Origin: Oligoflexales bacterium
Lineage (GTDB): Bacteria; Bdellovibrionota_B; Oligoflexia; Oligoflexales; CAIYRB01
Direction: 5' to 3'
Assembly (NCBI GenBank): GCA_041736175.1
Contig: JBGSUI010000045.1
Location: 1-10,674 of the forward strand
DNA length: 10,674 bases
Under the pieces are notes generated by a model. The model saw nothing but the letters and a program-made list of their open reading frames with translations, was not told the DNA's origin and did not search any database. Positions 7,170 to 10,674 of this stretch are shown one piece after another; the stretch's first letter is position 1; every line of letters starts with the position of its first letter. The position numbers and the translations under genes are program-made.

Positions 7170-8156
7170 ATGCTATCAGAACAATCAAAAAACCTAGATC
7201 GAATCCCAGATGTCATCGCCCTACTTGAAGAGATTGTAGATCCTACGAGCCGCGGCGATCCAGAATCTCCGCTTCGCTGGACTTGCAAGAGTGTCCGAAA
7301 TATAACGGAGTCTTTGAACATTAAAGGATATGCAATCAGCCGACAAACTGTAGCAAATATTCTCCATGAACTAGACTATAGTTTGCAAACAAACAGAAAA
7401 ACATCTGAAGGTAAGAAGGATCACCCAGATCGAGACCAGCAATTTCGTTTCATCATTAGTAAGGCAAAAGCCTTCCTAAATAAGTCTCTGACGGTTATTT
7501 CCGTTGACCCAAAGAAGAAGGAACTGATCGGCAAATATAAAAACGCGGGCCATGAATGGGAAAAAAAGGCATGTCAGTCAAAGTGCTAAGTCATGATTTT
7601 CCTGATCCTGATAAACCAAAAGCAGTTTCTTATGGCGTATATGACATTGGGGGAAATCTTGGGTGGGTCAAGATCGGCATCTCGGCGGACACTACTGAAT
7701 TCGCTGTTGAGAGTATCAAACAATGATGGAATTTAATGGGTAGAAAACGATACACGATGGCTCGAGAAATATATATTTGCGCGGACAGCGGAGGTAGCAA
7801 CGGCTACCGAATTCACCTTTGGAAATATGAACTACAAAAGTTTTGTGATACTCAAAATATTACCATCACCGTCTCATTATCTTCCGGGTACAAGTAAATG
7901 GAACAAGATAGAGCAACGTCTGTTTTCATATATCACCATGAATTGGTGTGGGCGGCCACTCACGGATTACAGAACTGTCGTTGATCTAATTGCAGCAACT
8001 ACCACTAAGATGGAGTTGATCGTCAAGGCACGTCTCGATAATAAAAAGTACAAAAGAGGCATTAAGGTTTCTGCCAGCGAAATGGCAAAATTAAATATCT
8101 TTCGCAGTACATTTCACGGTGAATGGAATTACACCATTTCACCTCGAAGTGTCTAA
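7170..8156 (+). pseudogene. Decayed ISAzo13-family (Rhodopirellula-type DDE) transposase relic, 5'-truncated and frameshifted
   Basis: Three successive reading frames carry family-typical segments. The first is ESPLRWTCKS..RQTVANILHELDYSLQTNRKT..HPDRDQQFRFI (7170-7589). The second is SYGVYDIGGNLGWVKIGISADTTEFAVESIKQ*W (7571 to about 7877), with a TGA at 7724-7726 where the family has a conserved Trp. The third is CADSGGSNGYRIHLWKYELQ.../HYLPGTSKWNKIEQRLFS...FHGEWNY (to 8156). This gives at least two frameshifts and one nonsense codon, and the N-terminal 70-100 aa of the family are absent. Confidence 0.7.
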
Positions 8157-8307
8157 GTTATTTCTTGAAAGGTCCTTAGCTTTTGCTGTACTCGCCTTGC
8201 CGGACACAATGGATTCCGTCAAGATCAAGCCAGCTTTTCTTTTTTTACCTTTCCTGGGGATATGGGTTTATGATCGGTGGGTTTGGAAACCTTGTCGGAC
8301 TTTTGGG

Positions 8308-8374
8308 GTGGTCGCAAGGTCTTCTGGAGTGTGGACAATCGATATTTAACCATGTCTTTGATAAGTTTCCGGGG
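8308..8374. repeat. 67-bp repeat, copy 2
   Basis: Matches 1046-1112 at 63 of 67 positions. It lies about 150 bp after the 3' end of the ISAzo13 relic. Confidence 0.85.
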
Positions 8375-8818
8375 GATAGGTTTGTTCAAGGGACACTGAA
8401 TTGACCCTTTGGCAAATTTGTATTCGCCCCTAGTCGGTCCCCGAGAGCCTCAATAACAGCAAGAGAGGGGTAAAAGCCCACGTGTTTGGAATAACCAGCC
8501 ATCATGATTTTTTGGTCTCGCTTCCCGCCATGGACTAGGGCAAAAGATGGAATCTTGTAATTCATTTAAAACTTTCTGATTGAAGTTGGGTAAGGAGTTT
8601 GGAATTGAAAATCCTGCTGTGGCCTGTGAAACGCAACTTGAGAAGGGTGATTGCTTGATTAGGTCTCTAAGAAAAGAGTTGGATGGTTGATGCCTTTTTC
8701 CATTGGCCTTCTTAGGGAGGTCCTTAGGTTGGAATCACGAGTCGATCCGGCTGCCCAGAAACTGACCATCATTTGTCCACGAAACATTTCGACTTGTTAT
8801 AACTTACCGTGACATAGG

Positions 8819-9160
8819 ATGAAAATAATTCCACTCGCTCCCAATCGTCAATGCGTTATTTCATTCGCAGTGCTTTTAAAGTTCTGGTTTCAAACAAACA
8901 AAAAGCTGTACTCACAGGTCCATAAAATAGTCATCAGAGAAATCCAACCTTATTACAAAAATAAGGCCATATCCCTAGGTGTCAAATATCCTCTGAATGG
9001 AACTAATTCCTACACACTGAGATTTGGATCAGACCCAAACTTAAACCAACAGAACCATTGCCTGGCGCTTGATGGCGTTTTCACTGATGTCGCTGGTGTC
9101 ATGCGCTTTTATAACACCCCTGCCATCCGCGATCAAGAAGTGGCCACACTGATCACTTAA
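8819..9160 (+). pseudogene. Fragment of an IS91/ISCR-family (HUH-Y2 rolling-circle) transposase
   Basis: The 113-aa ORF contains LRFGSDPNLNQQNHCLALDGVF...TPAIRDQEVATL. This matches the conserved RFGSALNLN-hHfH-LaLDG...aPT.aEvAtl block of IS91/ISCR transposases. The HUH histidines are degenerate here (NHC). There is an in-frame stop just upstream and no catalytic C-terminal half, so this is a truncated relic. Confidence 0.5.
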
Positions 9161-9290
9161 ATCAGCAACAAGGTCATAACGTCCCTTAAAAAGAAGTCTC
9201 TTGACTCTTCGTCGGAATTCTTGGGAAGAGAGGTAGTTTTGCTAAAAAATTCTAGTTTGAAGGTTCAAGTTTCCAGAGGTCGCCGACCAA

Positions 9291-10655
9291 CTACGGAACT
9301 ACGCAGCGCACCACAGTGGCGCTCTCAGAGCCGCTGAAGCTAGCCCCGGTTCCCGCCCACATCCAGTAATGATTAGAATAGTAAGTGCTGGCCGAAGACG
9401 TTCTGGTATTACTCATGCCCACAGACGGTACACCAGTGGTCGAGGATGACCAGCTAGGCGAGGCTGGGTCCGCAGGTTTGTTATCCACTGGATCGTTGGC
9501 AGTCGTCTCGTATAGGAGCGGCAGCCGCATTCCCTTATTGGCACAGGTTTGGATATTACCTTCATACCACGATGCACTATAGCTGGCACCACCGGCGGTT
9601 GTGTTCCAGAACCCTAAACGGTAGGCTCCTGCTGTGGTCTGATTGGTGTTGCCGTCATGGGCGGTGGCATCCAGACGCTGGCTTGGGTTTCCTTGATCGT
9701 AATATACACAACGCCCGGTCGCTACTCTATTGCCGTCATCGACATACACGTTTACAGGACAGACGCGACCACCAAGATTGGCCACGGTCCTATCGAGATT
9801 TGTGGCGCTAAAAGAGCGACCATTGGCGTTAAGCTTCAAATGCCAATTATCGGAACCATTTACCCGCAGCACGTTATTGCCGTCGGCCTGTACCCATATC
9901 CCCGAGGTAAGGACAAGAAGCTTGCCGCTTCCTGTATATGCCATGCCCGAATTCAAGGCAGCACTGGTCTGGTAGCAATCCACGCCGCAAAGCTCTGGTT
10001 TATCCCGGCTAGTGGTCCCTATCAACGATGTCTGGTACCAGGCAATACCATTGGAGACTAGCTGGACCAGAGCATTGGTTTGCAGAGTTATGGGCGCCTG
10101 AACCCCATCGATCTGGTCCGTGCCAGAGGGGAGGACTGTTGCCCAGAGCCCTGCACCTTTTACTGTGAGTAGATATCCCGCACCGGCACTTGCTGCAGTA
10201 GGGAGGGTCAGGGTGGTCCGGTTCCCTGTCACGATAAAATATTTGCCGCTGTCTCCAGCTGTCAGAGTATAGTCAGAGCTTTTCGTAGAAACACCCACAC
10301 TACCTCCACTAGCAGCCCAAGATAAGGATCCCGATCCATCCGTCACTAGTGCCTGGCCACTTGTCCCATCTGCGGCAGGGAGGGTCCAGATTTTATTGGT
10401 GGTGACAGAAGCAGGAGCCTTAAAACCTACATAGTGGCTATCGTCGTTATCCCCAAATCTAAGATCCGTAGCAGCTGTACCAGTTCCTGCCACCCGGATA
10501 TTGCCAGTGCTTGAGAGCTGGCCAGATGTGGCCACCACAGTGGAGCCCCCGATGGTCCCCGAGGTGATGGCAGAGCCAGAGACTTTGCCCGCAGTGCTAA
10601 TGGTGTCCAGTTTAGTATCAGCGATGGCGGCTGAGGCGTTGATATCCGTGTCCAT
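9291..10655 (-). CDS. Fibre/adhesin-like protein: phage-tail-fibre-like Gly/Thr/Ser-rich N-terminal region plus a DUF1566/Lcl-like lectin-type C-terminal domain. The 5' end may lie beyond the window.
   Basis: 454-aa ORF. The N-terminus ADTKLDTISTAGKVSGSAITSGTIGGSTVVATSG...LRFGDNDDSHYVGFKAPASVTTNKIWTLPAADGTSGQALVTDGSGSLSWA is a motif seen in tail-fibre or Bdellovibrio-type surface fibre proteins. The C-terminus CANKGMRLP...SWSSSTTG...VVRCVVP fits the DUF1566 pattern (C..G.WRLP..EL, YWSST, vRCVR). The reading frame remains open upstream of the ATG at 10655 all the way to the window edge, so the true start may be further 5'. Confidence 0.8.
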   Translation of the reverse strand: MDTDINASAAIADTKLDTISTAGKVSGSAITSGTIGGSTVVATSGQLSSTGNIRVAGTGTAATDLRFGDNDDSHYVGFKAPASVTTNKIWTLPAADGTSGQALVTDGSGSLSWAASGGSVGVSTKSSDYTLTAGDSGKYFIVTGNRTTLTLPTAASAGAGYLLTVKGAGLWATVLPSGTDQIDGVQAPITLQTNALVQLVSNGIAWYQTSLIGTTSRDKPELCGVDCYQTSAALNSGMAYTGSGKLLVLTSGIWVQADGNNVLRVNGSDNWHLKLNANGRSFSATNLDRTVANLGGRVCPVNVYVDDGNRVATGRCVYYDQGNPSQRLDATAHDGNTNQTTAGAYRLGFWNTTAGGASYSASWYEGNIQTCANKGMRLPLLYETTANDPVDNKPADPASPSWSSSTTGVPSVGMSNTRTSSASTYYSNHYWMWAGTGASFSGSESATVVRCVVP

Positions 10656-10674
10656 GATCGAATTATTGGTGATA

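Noticed and set aside
7724-7726. In-frame TGA at a conserved Trp position of the ISAzo13-like transposase as a hint of the UGA=Trp genetic code
   Set aside because: The zinc-ribbon gene and oppD in the same window terminate at TGA and end where their families end. The transposase also carries frameshifts. A simple TGG->TGA decay mutation is the parsimonious explanation.
8119-8404. ORFs 8119-8349(+) and 8183-8404(+) covering 67-bp repeat copy 2
   Set aside because: The other repeat copy lies in a minus-strand ORF in a different frame. Conservation is at the nucleotide level, not the protein level.
9385-10061. Plus-strand ORFs inside the fibre gene (9385-9582, 9572-9811, 9657-10061, 9730-9975)
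   Set aside because: These are antisense shadows of the 454-aa fibre ORF and have His/Arg/Cys-rich nonsense translations.
1-10674. CRISPR arrays, tRNA or rRNA genes
   Set aside because: There are no regularly spaced short direct repeats. No cloverleaf-like segments with conserved T-loop (GTTCGAATC-like) motifs were found on inspection.

Overview
The window is about 50% GC bacterial DNA with a mosaic, accessory-like layout. From left to right it contains the following.
- A minus-strand 180-aa hypothetical gene (118-660) ending in a double-hairpin terminator.
- A 630-bp intergenic region carrying two unrelated repeat units (52 bp and 67 bp) and several dyad-symmetric motifs.
- A plus-strand two-gene operon encoding an SPFH/Band-7 protein of the YdjI-like Band_7_1 type with a C-terminal SHOCT motif (1294-2343) and a double-zinc-ribbon single-pass membrane protein (2383-3525). 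This resembles the accessory partners of Psp-type envelope-stress modules, but no PspA gene lies within the window.
- A second, 51/52-identical copy of the 52-bp repeat, so the two copies bracket the SPFH/zinc-ribbon module.
- An orphan pair of peptide-type ABC ATPases, oppD-like (3923-4981) and oppF-like (4965-5951), whose reading frames overlap each other and then overlap a murG-type GT28 glycosyltransferase (5944-7035).
- A decayed, 5'-truncated ISAzo13-family transposase relic (7170-8156) with two frameshifts and a TGG->TGA nonsense change.
- The second copy of the 67-bp repeat, then a fragment of an IS91/ISCR-family (HUH-Y2) transposase (8819-9160).
- A convergent minus-strand gene (9291-10655) for a fibre/adhesin-like protein: a Gly/Thr/Ser-rich, phage-tail-fibre-like N-terminal region and a DUF1566/Lcl-like lectin-type C-terminal domain. 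This resembles Bdellovibrio-type mosaic fibre proteins. Its reading frame is still open at the window edge.

No rRNA, tRNA or CRISPR array was seen. The most unusual observations are the nested repeat architecture, the murG/ABC-ATPase coupling, the possibly mobile SPFH/zinc-ribbon cassette, and the fibre gene sitting in an IS graveyard. Any organism assignment (perhaps a Bdellovibrio-like predator) is a low-confidence guess from memory.
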